Part shown: positions 11,901 through 20,364 of the stretch, one piece after another
Layout: the number at the start of each line of letters is the position of its first letter
Position numbering within the stretch: the stretch's first letter is position 1
DNA from: a virus
Taxonomy: Duplodnaviria > Caudoviricetes
Strand: one strand, 5' to 3'
Virus record (IMG/VR): IMGVR_UViG_3300030059_002282
Location: 1 to 52,199 of that record
DNA length: 52,199 nucleotides
Translations under genes and position numbers: made by a program
Notes under the pieces: model-generated
The model's database searches: none
The model's input: the letters and a program-made list of their open reading frames with translations, nothing else
Told to the model about the DNA's origin: nothing

Positions 11901-14326
11901 ATGGGATTACCCCTGACAAACTCAGCAACCTCATCGCGTGTGAAGTGGCTAGTGCTCGACAGTAGGAATTCTTCCAAACCCATGAATTTAGTTTCTTCAG
12001 CTTTGACACCGGCCATCTTCGACAGCTTCTGCCATACTGCCTTACCACTGGCGAGGCCATCTTCCTTCTTCCATTCAGGCAACTTCATATCCAGCACGGC
12101 CTGTTCGACCGCTGAATAGAATCCATCCTCGTTACGCTGGGCTTCCTGACTGAGTATTAATGGTTTAGGTGTGGGTACTATGTCGCCAGTGAGGTCGTCG
12201 ATTGGTCCTTCAGGTTGGCTATCAACTGCTCCGTCGTTTCCACCTTCGGTATTTCCGCCAGTATCAGGTCCAGTTGTTTGCCGTACCCCTTCGGCATCAA
12301 GTTGTCCTGCTCCAGATTCACCTTCTGTGCCGCTATCGTCCCGTGGACTGCCGATAGGTTGCCGCGCAGATTCTTCGAGTTTAGTGCCGCTATTCTCCAC
12401 GCTGCCATTTTCGTAACCGATTCTAAGCCTCTCATAAATATCTCCGTGTTTTTCAATATTGGTGCTGAGTCGTTCTTTGAGTTTGGTGATGTTAATCACA
12501 TTGTCACCAATGGTTTCAAAACTCAGCAGCAATGACATGAGCCGTTGGTTTTCATTGATAAATGTAGCTGGGTCATGGGTCATGTATCTGTAGTGAGCGA
12601 TCTCATGGACCATTGTGGTGAGCAGTGCGTTAGCTTTGAACACCGGACCATGCTCATCCAGTATAGTGACACCTGGGTTGATTGCCATACCACGGAACGG
12701 CACTTTGAAGTGTACTCCGTAGTATTGGTTGTCGAAGCTCACACCGACTGGTACGTCCTCCATTCCTTGATACGATCCACCACCAACGCTGATAACCATA
12801 TCGCGGAGTTCTTTGAACACATCTCCGAACACTAGGAGGTATTCATTCACCTCATCGACACCAAACTCTTTTCGCAAGTTGTCCACCAGTGGACCGCCAT
12901 CGAGTGTCACATTGGAGTGGATGAATGGTTGGTCGGGATCAACTAAACTTTGGTCAATTTTGAACTCACTCATGTCAGGAACAAATTCTTCCATGTCACG
13001 AGTTGTAAACTCAGGCACTTCAACACCATCGACAACAAGCCGACCTTCTTCGACTTCGATAGTACCGCCTTGCTTCACAACAAACGCTTGAGTGTCTGTT
13101 CGTACCTTAGGTGTCAGATCAACGAACGTAGACTCACCGTTCACTGGGTTAATCATCTCAATGGACCCGAACGAGTTAGACGACTCACCAATATCTGTCA
13201 TCGCGTATCGTGCGGAGATGTGAGCCTTCAGTCGATTCACATCAGATTGTACGGCATGACTGTAACTCTTTCGATTGATTGCAATCGGGTAACCAATTTC
13301 ATCTGCCGCAACACTCGGTTCGATGTTGAAGAAGAACTTATAAGGCACCTTCTTCTGTGAGTACATTGGGCCAAACTGTATGCTGTCACCGAACTGGTAG
13401 ATGCCTTCTGACAGCACAGATACGTTTGATTGCCAGCTTGGTCCGTCGTTTTTATCTTTTTTAACAACCACACGGATGTTACCCCATGCAAATTTCACAT
13501 TGGCGTAATTGGTGTAATCATCTTTAGGGAAGTTTCTGCCGATGGGCAAAATGTTGTGATTGAACACAACCTCGATGTCTTCAAACAAAGGACTATTCAA
13601 TATCATGTCTTCAAGATTGTAATTATTAGGCATGTATATTTGTTTCGTTTCACCGGTACTGGGGTCCACGTATTCGGTTGGGATTTTGACAACAACGGTG
13701 GTGCCGTTAGGCATATCAACATTATCGACTTCCAAGTTTAGCTGTTCACCCTCACCTGACGCTGCTTCCATGATTTCAGCACCCGTACTGCGAAAGAAAG
13801 TACGCACACCATCATGCACAGTCTCAAGTGCTATTTCCTCGTTACCAAATAGGAACAACATCTTGGCAATACCGAAGCCCCCTGACGCTCGGTCACTGGA
13901 TTTCTGCGTACCGGCCACCGTGAGGAATGCGTTCTCAACCGTGTCAGTGGTCATGCCGATACCGTTGTCAGTGACAGTGATGGTATTAGCGTTGTCGTCG
14001 GTGGTGATCTCAATCGAACCGGTACCACCCAAGTCTTTCACACCATCAAAAGCATTCTGGAATAATTCTTTAACGGTCACCTGTCCGATGTCTTCCAACT
14101 TACCGTACAGCTGTGGGCCTAGTAATGATGACAGCCGACCGATGTCAGCTTTGATACCCACCTTGCGATCCGACTGACTGAGTGTCTGTGGAAAATATTT
14201 CTCGCGCTCGGCCATGAGTTGGTCGAGGTATGCTTGTGGATCACCACCCATTTCTCTGATGGTATCCAGATCGTTGGCAGACAACGCCTTACCAAACTTC
14301 TTTGCACATTGCTCAAGTGTTGGCAT
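5900..14326 (-). CDS. 2808-aa polyvalent internal virion (ejection) protein: GHKL ATPase, HExxH zincin, unknown domain, second HExxH, helical C-terminus
   Basis: GHKL motifs KELFQNAFD, DNGIGM, GGFGIA; HEIAH at ~12593-12607; STFVHEAMH at ~9572-9598; position equivalent to T7 gp16. Confidence 0.8.
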   Translation of the reverse strand: MPTLEQCAKKFGKALSANDLDTIREMGGDPQAYLDQLMAEREKYFPQTLSQSDRKVGIKADIGRLSSLLGPQLYGKLEDIGQVTVKELFQNAFDGVKDLGGTGSIEITTDDNANTITVTDNGIGMTTDTVENAFLTVAGTQKSSDRASGGFGIAKMLFLFGNEEIALETVHDGVRTFFRSTGAEIMEAASGEGEQLNLEVDNVDMPNGTTVVVKIPTEYVDPSTGETKQIYMPNNYNLEDMILNSPLFEDIEVVFNHNILPIGRNFPKDDYTNYANVKFAWGNIRVVVKKDKNDGPSWQSNVSVLSEGIYQFGDSIQFGPMYSQKKVPYKFFFNIEPSVAADEIGYPIAINRKSYSHAVQSDVNRLKAHISARYAMTDIGESSNSFGSIEMINPVNGESTFVDLTPKVRTDTQAFVVKQGGTIEVEEGRLVVDGVEVPEFTTRDMEEFVPDMSEFKIDQSLVDPDQPFIHSNVTLDGGPLVDNLRKEFGVDEVNEYLLVFGDVFKELRDMVISVGGGSYQGMEDVPVGVSFDNQYYGVHFKVPFRGMAINPGVTILDEHGPVFKANALLTTMVHEIAHYRYMTHDPATFINENQRLMSLLLSFETIGDNVINITKLKERLSTNIEKHGDIYERLRIGYENGSVENSGTKLEESARQPIGSPRDDSGTEGESGAGQLDAEGVRQTTGPDTGGNTEGGNDGAVDSQPEGPIDDLTGDIVPTPKPLILSQEAQRNEDGFYSAVEQAVLDMKLPEWKKEDGLASGKAVWQKLSKMAGVKAEETKFMGLEEFLLSSTSHFTRDEVAEFVRGNPIVVTMTRAGRDVDSDEDPQWESIQWDSGHIDGDSENWTHRVDDWMYEYDRDPTEGAPWFDFDKWVADNLDNDILTDRLEETIEDSTKEDKGDQEIRVDITEVDGEFKVTQFWASDGERIQTAQERTFPTREEAEGVVERAMTSLSNDDGVVFLRRQDTTTTTRQNEDFDVTLRDLIANEDWAGVVEHVGLDVIAPAARDEAEREAKEEAEREYMEEPYRTYRAQNTDDDVTIHGNDDIGYSVTVAGRDVGSDSAYSLSEAQIEAEEGARDYGTIIGEGGPAAPTENQARWPEYIADGDSENYRELKLKFPAMQGSFTNTLHFGDEQDIIAFARMTDRPNNETRMEEGQSDIDTKARKGEGYQSGANVNDIKEERALIYGQVEQLLDSVYVQPDPLREYTAEEALDLIESNTTAFSPDILLWTSVGEGLYSSMSRTDTAEHRQELIDEGGPFYDVHPQTYNNNHKKAFLEIAWNHIRDADPTGDITTGVRGRLEADQKLLDDLRELVIEYDALSNQLAAEQFGVPNQPYKGSNWINLLLKYAIREAIKNGSDTFAWNDNTTLQGIWSPANDYRAQYDQKMPSMVKKLTGQKARHVQLDGSPINETKTLDAIRKEWSMDEGNARSIIGRGTGVFTERVNNDGSLVIPDGVPVMLSPGSTTMDDMTEEMGERLEAGEITQDEMVAEMRERTLDDRLKEAAAEGLEVRFYIGNYKRQFESQKPEAGKWVIDITDDVKAKFAERQTLTQEDQGQMIIMPDGSRVIKLTESSNMSTFVHEAMHLFVELEKQLAEEFGVMPHHEAMMRFVGATELGQITAVTPEGVEMHEKLSRAFENYMREGKAPSVELRDAFSFFSSWLKKIYNYINSEIDVELTDEIKQVFDSMLATDAAILEASTTDAYGGLFASIDQSGMSDAAWEDYQLEQERVINRATETVQTKLMKELAARQTQEWEAEKAPIIEEEIERLSNTPAYKLMLLLAGKKTTDIDGVETDSRMNYEMVLQAMPEWTGKMPRSIGWGRVTAPKGSDTGQEPSSYLKAHKFASVPEMLNTLLNLPSIESAADAAAEARMIEKYGDIRNDGTLDAEVQEALHNDAKAKVLLAELKALKPKRKQLFNRVLLKAEAARIIDTMTYGQIKPNKYYRAEIRAAKRSVNAKGDEVYEAKLAQLANHYLYREAVRVRKQMELQRKSVKASQKRTYDPKIVDKDYATNYKVLANVYDMGKNPEAQQAALDKLLSWFNRQTSSRTGDNEMDMIQLVTFDPNLAKAMEAYNDPDVEFKLPTFDELTASELQGLYDQLKHLRYVGGQQAAVKSNEILAKREELAASIESNGGEEVVIDDNPDAGSKPSRWGRFRHLGSLTLSITNLLRELDGHNDKGPRIAHKMINYLLEDAQSKQLDLTMKMNEMFETELDGIEKLGLSGMGFTTAYRRANGIPVGNDFAHVNADGTRENLNPEELFMMAVYWGTESSREALMKGRNMTEEDVMKALSNLTPQQLVMVNSIWKLNETLWDELSRVSVNVYGTSPEKLDPTPFLINGVEMTGGHMRLFYNTLDEDISNQESHHYSTMMVGKTGSLISRQGSGGKAVLLDKNNIHRAMAESIHFMAFAENGKQIASIMNGKNVKAAIVKYHGKPFQKALRDTLTSIINNTPDKTSIPMIAPMMRHLRKAATYRYLVGSPRNILQQFSALPRAMHEVGTGKFTTALIDVWSNAEQSKDFVLENSAFMRNRTNLVNRETHETLTKMSVHNRRTALWAAFTQIGFMPQTFVDAQIAFPVWLAKYRESFEAHSDHRRAVSEADISVGESVGSGSDLHLGMLYNSNQGEFTKTFTMFGSFWNAQLNSMYAQTRGGREMISGNSLAATFAVPVMMSMLAAVIILDIPDEIDDPEEWIKWAAKNYAAQMGALLPIFKDLVAQVMSGFTPKNVLQSAIEDNADLIKLIASDSENAPTPLRVVKVAAEATASIVPIPLSGTVIRTIDYTDSYLQGNEGDTWNPYKAVTVGKKRNN

Positions 14327-14492
14327 TAATGACCTCTACGACCGTGCGAATTGTTGCTACTAAGTTTTGTTCGTACATAAGCCTCAACTTGTTGCTTGAC
14401 GTTTTGAAACTGTTGCCCGGCCCACTCTCTGTCGGCACTTGAAAGAACATGAAAAAACCTGGGCCCATCATCTCATTGTATTGAATACTCAT
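14313..14492 (-). CDS. 59-aa hypothetical protein (not in ORF track)
   Basis: MSIQYNEMMGPGFFMFFQVPTESGPG...VINANT; ATGA overlap with the upstream stop and overlap with the start of the 2808-aa gene. Confidence 0.6.
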   Translation of the reverse strand: MSIQYNEMMGPGFFMFFQVPTESGPGNSFKTSSNKLRLMYEQNLVATIRTVVEVINANT

Positions 14493-15640
14493 TCGACTGT
14501 CTCGTAACCAAGTGTGATTGAGACACCGACTGCCGATATGGTGCCCGCTACAATCATTACCAAGTCGCCGTCACCAGATGGGTAAGTCAGAGTACCAGGT
14601 GCATCGGGTCCACCTAGATTCACATCCGTCTGAAATAGGGTGTTATTGACATCCGTAGGCCCAAAGTGACTAGTGTCACTACAATGGATGGCCTGTGAGC
14701 CGAACTCGATTTCTTCGTGGAAAATGTCCGACTGACTTCGCAGGTCCACATCAAGGATCGTTACGAAATCACCGTTAGTCGCATCGACGTTCTTTAGGTA
14801 TCCAATCTTGCAATCACCTGAGAAGTTTATCTCAGGGTCGATCTCGATAATGACGTATCGCAGAATCACCCCACCTGTAAGCGTGTGCGGCCATACTGCT
14901 GCATTGGATACATCGACCAGCATATAAGCAACGTCAGTGCCGTTCGGTGTCAGTGTGTGGTCAAGGTGAACAGAGAATGTATTGGTATATCCGTCCACAA
15001 AATACTGCGATGATATTGCGTGCTTAGTGACCGCGCCCACGTTGACGTAGTTGTCCATATTGTCTTTTGATACCGATACTGCCCTAGTGATAATTGCCTG
15101 ATTCTCATCCAGCAAAATCTTATCAAGCTGGTGTGCAAGTAATATTCCGCCGTTAGATGAAAAATGTGTTTGGATAGATATGTTAGTCGCTTCTGTTGTG
15201 CCATTTGTGTACAGAATTCGCCAGTATTTTTCAACGATCTCCCACATGTGCGGTTCAGCGGATCGGGTGTCCGACCAGTTCCGTGTTGGTCCACCCCAAA
15301 TGACACCATCGTGAGAAACTTCGATTGTCAGTACGCCGTCCGTAGCGTTGTCAGTCTTGATGGCTACGCCGATCCGTCCAGACCTTGTGACCATTTCGAC
15401 GGTGCCTTGAAACGTAGCGCCCGCCGCTAACGTGGCTGCTGCATAGCTATTGGCCGTAGAGATGAAGTTATCAGGACTGCTGCGAGTGACCGGCATTGGA
15501 TTATCAGCCGATACGGGTACAGGCTCGACACCTTCCGCTGATACTGCTGGTTTATAGACGGGATAATGGATACCACCCACTACATCGGTTTTGACTGCTA
15601 CTTTGTCACCGGCTTCTGAAGGTTTGACATCGATGGTCAT
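14489..15640 (-). CDS. Putative virion structural / fibre-like protein
   Basis: 383 aa, beta-strand- and Thr/Gly-rich; N-terminus ...GIHYPVYK...VSADNPMPV resembles phage tail proteins. Confidence 0.55.
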   Translation of the reverse strand: MTIDVKPSEAGDKVAVKTDVVGGIHYPVYKPAVSAEGVEPVPVSADNPMPVTRSSPDNFISTANSYAAATLAAGATFQGTVEMVTRSGRIGVAIKTDNATDGVLTIEVSHDGVIWGGPTRNWSDTRSAEPHMWEIVEKYWRILYTNGTTEATNISIQTHFSSNGGILLAHQLDKILLDENQAIITRAVSVSKDNMDNYVNVGAVTKHAISSQYFVDGYTNTFSVHLDHTLTPNGTDVAYMLVDVSNAAVWPHTLTGGVILRYVIIEIDPEINFSGDCKIGYLKNVDATNGDFVTILDVDLRSQSDIFHEEIEFGSQAIHCSDTSHFGPTDVNNTLFQTDVNLGGPDAPGTLTYPSGDGDLVMIVAGTISAVGVSITLGYETVE

Positions 15641-15999
15641 TAAGTGATCTCACGATAGTTGAAGGAGATCGATGTTATCACAGGCATCCTCGAACGTTCA
15701 TCGTACTCGTGCGTGAGGTCTGCTGACTCGACAACCTGTCGGGCCGGTATCTTGTTGGCCGCATGGATCACAGCCCTGTGACTCTGCTCCAGTGCGTCCA
15801 TGAAGGCTTGTGCGACTTCTTGGTTCTGAGTGATCTCGACAACCTGGGGCTTGAGTGCCGCCAGTGCTTCGGCCAGTCCGGTATTCTCAACCGTGATTGT
15901 CACAGGTTCTGGTGCAGTGGGAGCAACAGGCTTGACAGCCCGTGGGGTTCTCACCTTACGCACTGTGTGACCTAACCGCTTGGCTTCTGCTGCGTTCAT
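15640..15999 (-). CDS. Hypothetical protein (basic/Pro-rich N-terminus)
   Basis: Likely start ATG 15999 overlapping the upstream TGA; stop overlaps the next start (TAATG). Confidence 0.65.
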   Translation of the reverse strand: MNAAEAKRLGHTVRKVRTPRAVKPVAPTAPEPVTITVENTGLAEALAALKPQVVEITQNQEVAQAFMDALEQSHRAVIHAANKIPARQVVESADLTHEYDERSRMPVITSISFNYREIT

Positions 16000-18617
16000 G
16001 ATCCCATACACCTCACCAAATTCTCTATTACACCGATCCGCTTATCGAGTTGTCGGCGTTCGATTGTTATCTCGCTCTCACCGTCCTGCGACAGTATGTT
16101 AGCAGATTCCTCATACATTGGGTGGAACGCCGCATTGGTGGACCTGACTTGGCTCGGATCGAATACGATGTAACTCTCACCACTGCCCTCTACTTGATTG
16201 CCATAGACCACACCGTCATATCCTGCATCAAGCATGAAACCCAGCAATTCATCATTCAGTTCATCGTTTTCCTGACTGTCCATAAACCCATCTTCGGTAT
16301 CAAAACTGCTCTCAAGCGCACGGGCTTCAGCCTCGATTTCAATCATTTGAGCCATGACCTGTTCGCTGAACTGACCACTGTCGATCAAAGTTTGTGCAAC
16401 ACCAACACTATTACGCCACTCACCAGCGTCTGTCAGCCGGATTGGGTTCTTCAGCTTCAGCCGGATTGGTAGTATATTTCCCAGTCCATTGTCGTCAGGG
16501 TTTTCATCTTTCTCCACAATCCTGTCTTGGTCTTCTGCCAATTTTGCCTTGATCCGGTTGTTGGCCTGTTCGGTGGTAGCACCAAAGTGGTAACCAATGT
16601 CGCCGGTCTTTTTATCGAATTCCAAAATGCCGTTACGCGAGTCGTCTACAAGGTCTTGACCGGAGAACAACGTGCCGTGGAAAGCGTCGGTCACAAAACC
16701 CATTTCATTCGCACGGTCGTTCCGGCCATCAGGGGTCATATCAAGGTTGTCATTTACAGCCCTGACCCACTCAATGGCGTCGTTCATGTCAGTACCTGGG
16801 TATCCAGACTGCTGGGCTTTCTGCAATAGTGTGGCTGTATCAGCATTCGGGTCAAAGTCCGGTCCTTTGATCTTGAAATTGAGTCGTTCAAAGATTTCAT
16901 CAGGTGACAGGCCGTACAACTGAGATCGGGTTTCTACCAGTGATTTGAATATCATGGCCTGATACTTGGCTGTCTCCTCACTGTAGCGACCAGTAGCGAC
17001 CAACTGGTCTTTCACACTCTCATAAATATTTTCAATCTGAAGGGTTGTTTCGGTCGCAGCTGCATGGCCGGTCATCAATTTTTGAAGCGTTGAGTTACGC
17101 ACAGCCTCAAATTCAGCACCGGTCATGGTGTCACTGGTGAATTTGATATGTGGGCGCAATGTTCCCATCAGTGTTTCGTCGAATGCAATCTCGGAAATGA
17201 ACCGATCTACAGGTATTTCAACATCAGAGTCCACGTCGTTGGCCTGATCGACGATGTACTGGGGTAATTCCACCCCCTGCTCTATCAGCTTGTTGATCTC
17301 AGCGGCTGGGACGGATATGGACCTATCTTTACCCGTGACACTCAAGAACTCCTTAAAACGGTCCTGTGCGCGTTCTCGGGTGGAGCTTTGCTGCGACAGT
17401 GCTAGAAATTCAGCAAGCTGAACCTGACCGATCAATGTCTCGGCTTCTGTTCGTAGTTTGTTTTCCTGTGCGGAAACTATCGCCTGACCGGTTGCTGTGA
17501 CACCTCGGATCGTACCACCCGTACCCAGTCCACCTAATGCACCACCGACTGACGATTTGACAACCCCCTCGACGGTAGGCGGCTTCAATGTGCCGACACT
17601 GGTTGAAAGATATTCTACCGGCTCTTGCACTGCTTCAGTAAGTGTCTCACCAAGTGCACCCAACCCTGTCGCTTTCAGCACTCCTTTAACACCCAAAACT
17701 TTCGTCATGTTAAAAACAGCCAGTACACCGATCTTCTCCAGTGCAGCAACAGCTAGTGTTGGTATCGCCATGTGGAGTAAATCTTCCGGTGTCACATCAT
17801 CCTTGGATCGGTTGTTATTGACCGCTCGATCTTCAGCAAATTCTTGGTTTCGTGACATGTAATACAAGTACGGAACCGAACTTATGAACGCCATGTCAAC
17901 CACACTTGATGGACCATTCTCCATCATGAACCCTACGGTGTTCTCAAGAGTTGGATTGTCAAATAATCTATCAACCGTGTAGGTAGGCACATAGCCAAAA
18001 CTTTGTGACGTACCCTCAGACATGTAACGTCCAACAATTTTTAACGGGTTAGGCGTGTCTTCGGGCAGGTCGCTCCAATCAAAATCAACACCATTTATTT
18101 TCAGTCCGGTCAGCCCCCAGTTTTCCATGATGTGAGAGTCCTGCCATTCTTGTTCGGCTTGTGTACCCATCCATTCAAAACTGTTACCGACCACCGTATT
18201 GATCCGTTGACCCATCTTCCGCATGGCGTTCCAGTCGGGTGCTGGTTTCAGATTTTTTTCAATGGCACGAAGTCTTGCTAGGTCGTCGATGGATTCGGCG
18301 GCTCGTGCAGGGTCTTTCACAAAATTGGCAACGATCGGGCTTTTATTCCAAATCTCATCGGGGTCTAAATACCCATATTTATCACGGGCTTCAACCTCGG
18401 GCATGTTACGCCCAACAGTATCAGGAGGGAGCTGCTGACTGTCGGCCAGCTGATTGATTTTGGCTTGTTCGTCGGGGTTTGTTCGTGCTGCTTGGTAAAG
18501 CGATGCACCCAATTGAGTTCGATCACGAACTGTACCCACTGGGCTTAGAGATTCTACCCTGGATTTTATACTGTCAAGTTCATCATCGGAGAGGCTAACG
18601 CCTTCAATCTCTGCCAT
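15996..18617 (-). CDS. Polyvalent internal virion protein with C-terminal ADP-ribosyltransferase (ART-PolyVal-like) domain
   Basis: Start MAEIEG after gaaaggaag; Gly/Ala-rich hydrophobic middle; ART-like motifs AFHGT, GYHFG, LKLKNP, GYDGVVY, SYIVFDPSQVRS. Confidence 0.75.
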   Translation of the reverse strand: MAEIEGVSLSDDELDSIKSRVESLSPVGTVRDRTQLGASLYQAARTNPDEQAKINQLADSQQLPPDTVGRNMPEVEARDKYGYLDPDEIWNKSPIVANFVKDPARAAESIDDLARLRAIEKNLKPAPDWNAMRKMGQRINTVVGNSFEWMGTQAEQEWQDSHIMENWGLTGLKINGVDFDWSDLPEDTPNPLKIVGRYMSEGTSQSFGYVPTYTVDRLFDNPTLENTVGFMMENGPSSVVDMAFISSVPYLYYMSRNQEFAEDRAVNNNRSKDDVTPEDLLHMAIPTLAVAALEKIGVLAVFNMTKVLGVKGVLKATGLGALGETLTEAVQEPVEYLSTSVGTLKPPTVEGVVKSSVGGALGGLGTGGTIRGVTATGQAIVSAQENKLRTEAETLIGQVQLAEFLALSQQSSTRERAQDRFKEFLSVTGKDRSISVPAAEINKLIEQGVELPQYIVDQANDVDSDVEIPVDRFISEIAFDETLMGTLRPHIKFTSDTMTGAEFEAVRNSTLQKLMTGHAAATETTLQIENIYESVKDQLVATGRYSEETAKYQAMIFKSLVETRSQLYGLSPDEIFERLNFKIKGPDFDPNADTATLLQKAQQSGYPGTDMNDAIEWVRAVNDNLDMTPDGRNDRANEMGFVTDAFHGTLFSGQDLVDDSRNGILEFDKKTGDIGYHFGATTEQANNRIKAKLAEDQDRIVEKDENPDDNGLGNILPIRLKLKNPIRLTDAGEWRNSVGVAQTLIDSGQFSEQVMAQMIEIEAEARALESSFDTEDGFMDSQENDELNDELLGFMLDAGYDGVVYGNQVEGSGESYIVFDPSQVRSTNAAFHPMYEESANILSQDGESEITIERRQLDKRIGVIENLVRCMGS

Positions 18618-20364
18618 AGAACTTCCTTTCCGCGTCATCAAAATCTTGAACGGTAATGCTTCTGTCTGGATACTTCCTTCTCAAATCTTCCATGATCAGT
18701 TTGCTAGTTCTGGCCGCTTGTTGTGGGTCGATTGCTTTACGGTACTGAACTCGTTGGTCAGGGGTCATATCGTTCTTATGAAATTCCTCAATTTCTTTGT
18801 CATTCAATTCAAACAACCGCGTGTTACCGTACCAACGAGTTTTAACCATCAACTGGGAGTCTACAAAATCTCTCAGTTCTTTATCTGAAGGGTCTTCACC
18901 ATTCTTTGCATATATTTTGTCAATCCACTCTTGTGTGTTATTGCTCACGTTCTCGCGATCACTCTTATCATCACCTGTCATGGCATTATTAATGGTTTGC
19001 ACAGTTGTAAAGAATGCACGGCGTTTTGCAGGGTTGTATGTTTCGTCATACGCTTTTTCAAGATACTGATTAACATGACTGGCTGTCATGTACTGATCCA
19101 TACCCTTAACCTCGTCAGCAGCTTCAACCGCAGGTAGACCATCATGTGCAGCAACAGCTTCAATGGCGGGAGTGCCTATAATGTATTCACGCATTTTGGA
19201 CCAGTTCTCAGCAGCACCCAGCTGTTGCAATGTGTCAATAATATTACTAGGTGTTCGAGTGATTGTTCGAGAACCCGCAGCGCCTTCTGCTGAGAACATA
19301 CTGTTACGCATTGCAACCGTCATTGACTCAAAGTCTTTCTTAGGTATGTCCTTTGCTTTGAATGGTCGGTTAGTGTCAGGATTTATATCACCATTTTTTA
19401 TTCTTGGGTAATACAACAGATGAAGGTCAGTCTGATTGTCCAAATCAGCTGCTCGCCTGTCACTCTCTTGATTTCGGGAAATACGCTTTACTTCAGTGCG
19501 TATCTGCATCGCTTGTTCGTCATCAAACCTACCACCTAATTCATCGGAGTCAGTGACAATTGCTTCAGCCTGATCAATCTTTTCACCAAATGATCTATTT
19601 TCATCATCCAATCGTTGGGCGATTGCATCACTGACCGCTGCTATGTCGCCTTGTATTGCAGCCTCGTTCATGGACTGCCACACTCCAGTATCGAGGCTGT
19701 TTTTAGCCTGATCACTATCCAACGCTTCTCGCTGTTTGGCAGGTGGTTGATTACTGATCCATGCAATGGCCGACTTCTGACGCCAAACATTGTATCTATT
19801 CTCTCCATCGTCTGGAGTTATGCGGCCCATCGCAACTGCGGCATCTATCAGCTCTTTAGCATCTTCTCGGGCGATGTCACCCTGCTCATCTACCACCATA
19901 TTTGACAGTGCGGCTAAGTTTTCATCGAGTTCAATATTCTTGGTCGTTGACTCAATCCCAAATGCTTTATCTTTTAAAACTTCACGACCTTCCTCAATTC
20001 TCAATTCTGCACGTTCCAAGAAATGGGTGCGCTCTCGATCATTACCGATACCCGCAGCCCTAGCACCTACCTTCTCACGGATTTCAGTGTTGTATCGTTC
20101 AACCCATGTTCCGTAATCCTTATCACCATCAAAACTGTTACGGACTTTATATTCATCGAGTGAGAACCCAGTGTTACCTGTAGCAACTTCATCGGCGGTG
20201 TTTTTAGCCTGAAAATCCTGTGCGGCTCTCGATACTGATGCTAGACCTTCACTGATACTACTGGCCGCATCGCCAATAGCACCTGCATTGCGGATTGTAG
20301 CAATCGGTTGTGAGCCGGTAGGTACTCGGCGTTGTATGTCGGCTACGTTCGGTATAGTTGCCAC
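18604..20364 (-). CDS. Internal virion (ejection) protein, T7 gp15 position
   Basis: 586 aa, helical and charged; synteny. Confidence 0.65.
   Translation of the reverse strand: MATIPNVADIQRRVPTGSQPIATIRNAGAIGDAASSISEGLASVSRAAQDFQAKNTADEVATGNTGFSLDEYKVRNSFDGDKDYGTWVERYNTEIREKVGARAAGIGNDRERTHFLERAELRIEEGREVLKDKAFGIESTTKNIELDENLAALSNMVVDEQGDIAREDAKELIDAAVAMGRITPDDGENRYNVWRQKSAIAWISNQPPAKQREALDSDQAKNSLDTGVWQSMNEAAIQGDIAAVSDAIAQRLDDENRSFGEKIDQAEAIVTDSDELGGRFDDEQAMQIRTEVKRISRNQESDRRAADLDNQTDLHLLYYPRIKNGDINPDTNRPFKAKDIPKKDFESMTVAMRNSMFSAEGAAGSRTITRTPSNIIDTLQQLGAAENWSKMREYIIGTPAIEAVAAHDGLPAVEAADEVKGMDQYMTASHVNQYLEKAYDETYNPAKRRAFFTTVQTINNAMTGDDKSDRENVSNNTQEWIDKIYAKNGEDPSDKELRDFVDSQLMVKTRWYGNTRLFELNDKEIEEFHKNDMTPDQRVQYRKAIDPQQAARTSKLIMEDLRRKYPDRSITVQDFDDAERKFYGRD

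Noticed and set aside
13209-13222. 14-bp match cgtgcggagatgtg (HISAR) to 42817-42830 as a third donor fragment
   Set aside because: Several 14-mer self-matches are expected by chance in 52 kb; too short to support on its own
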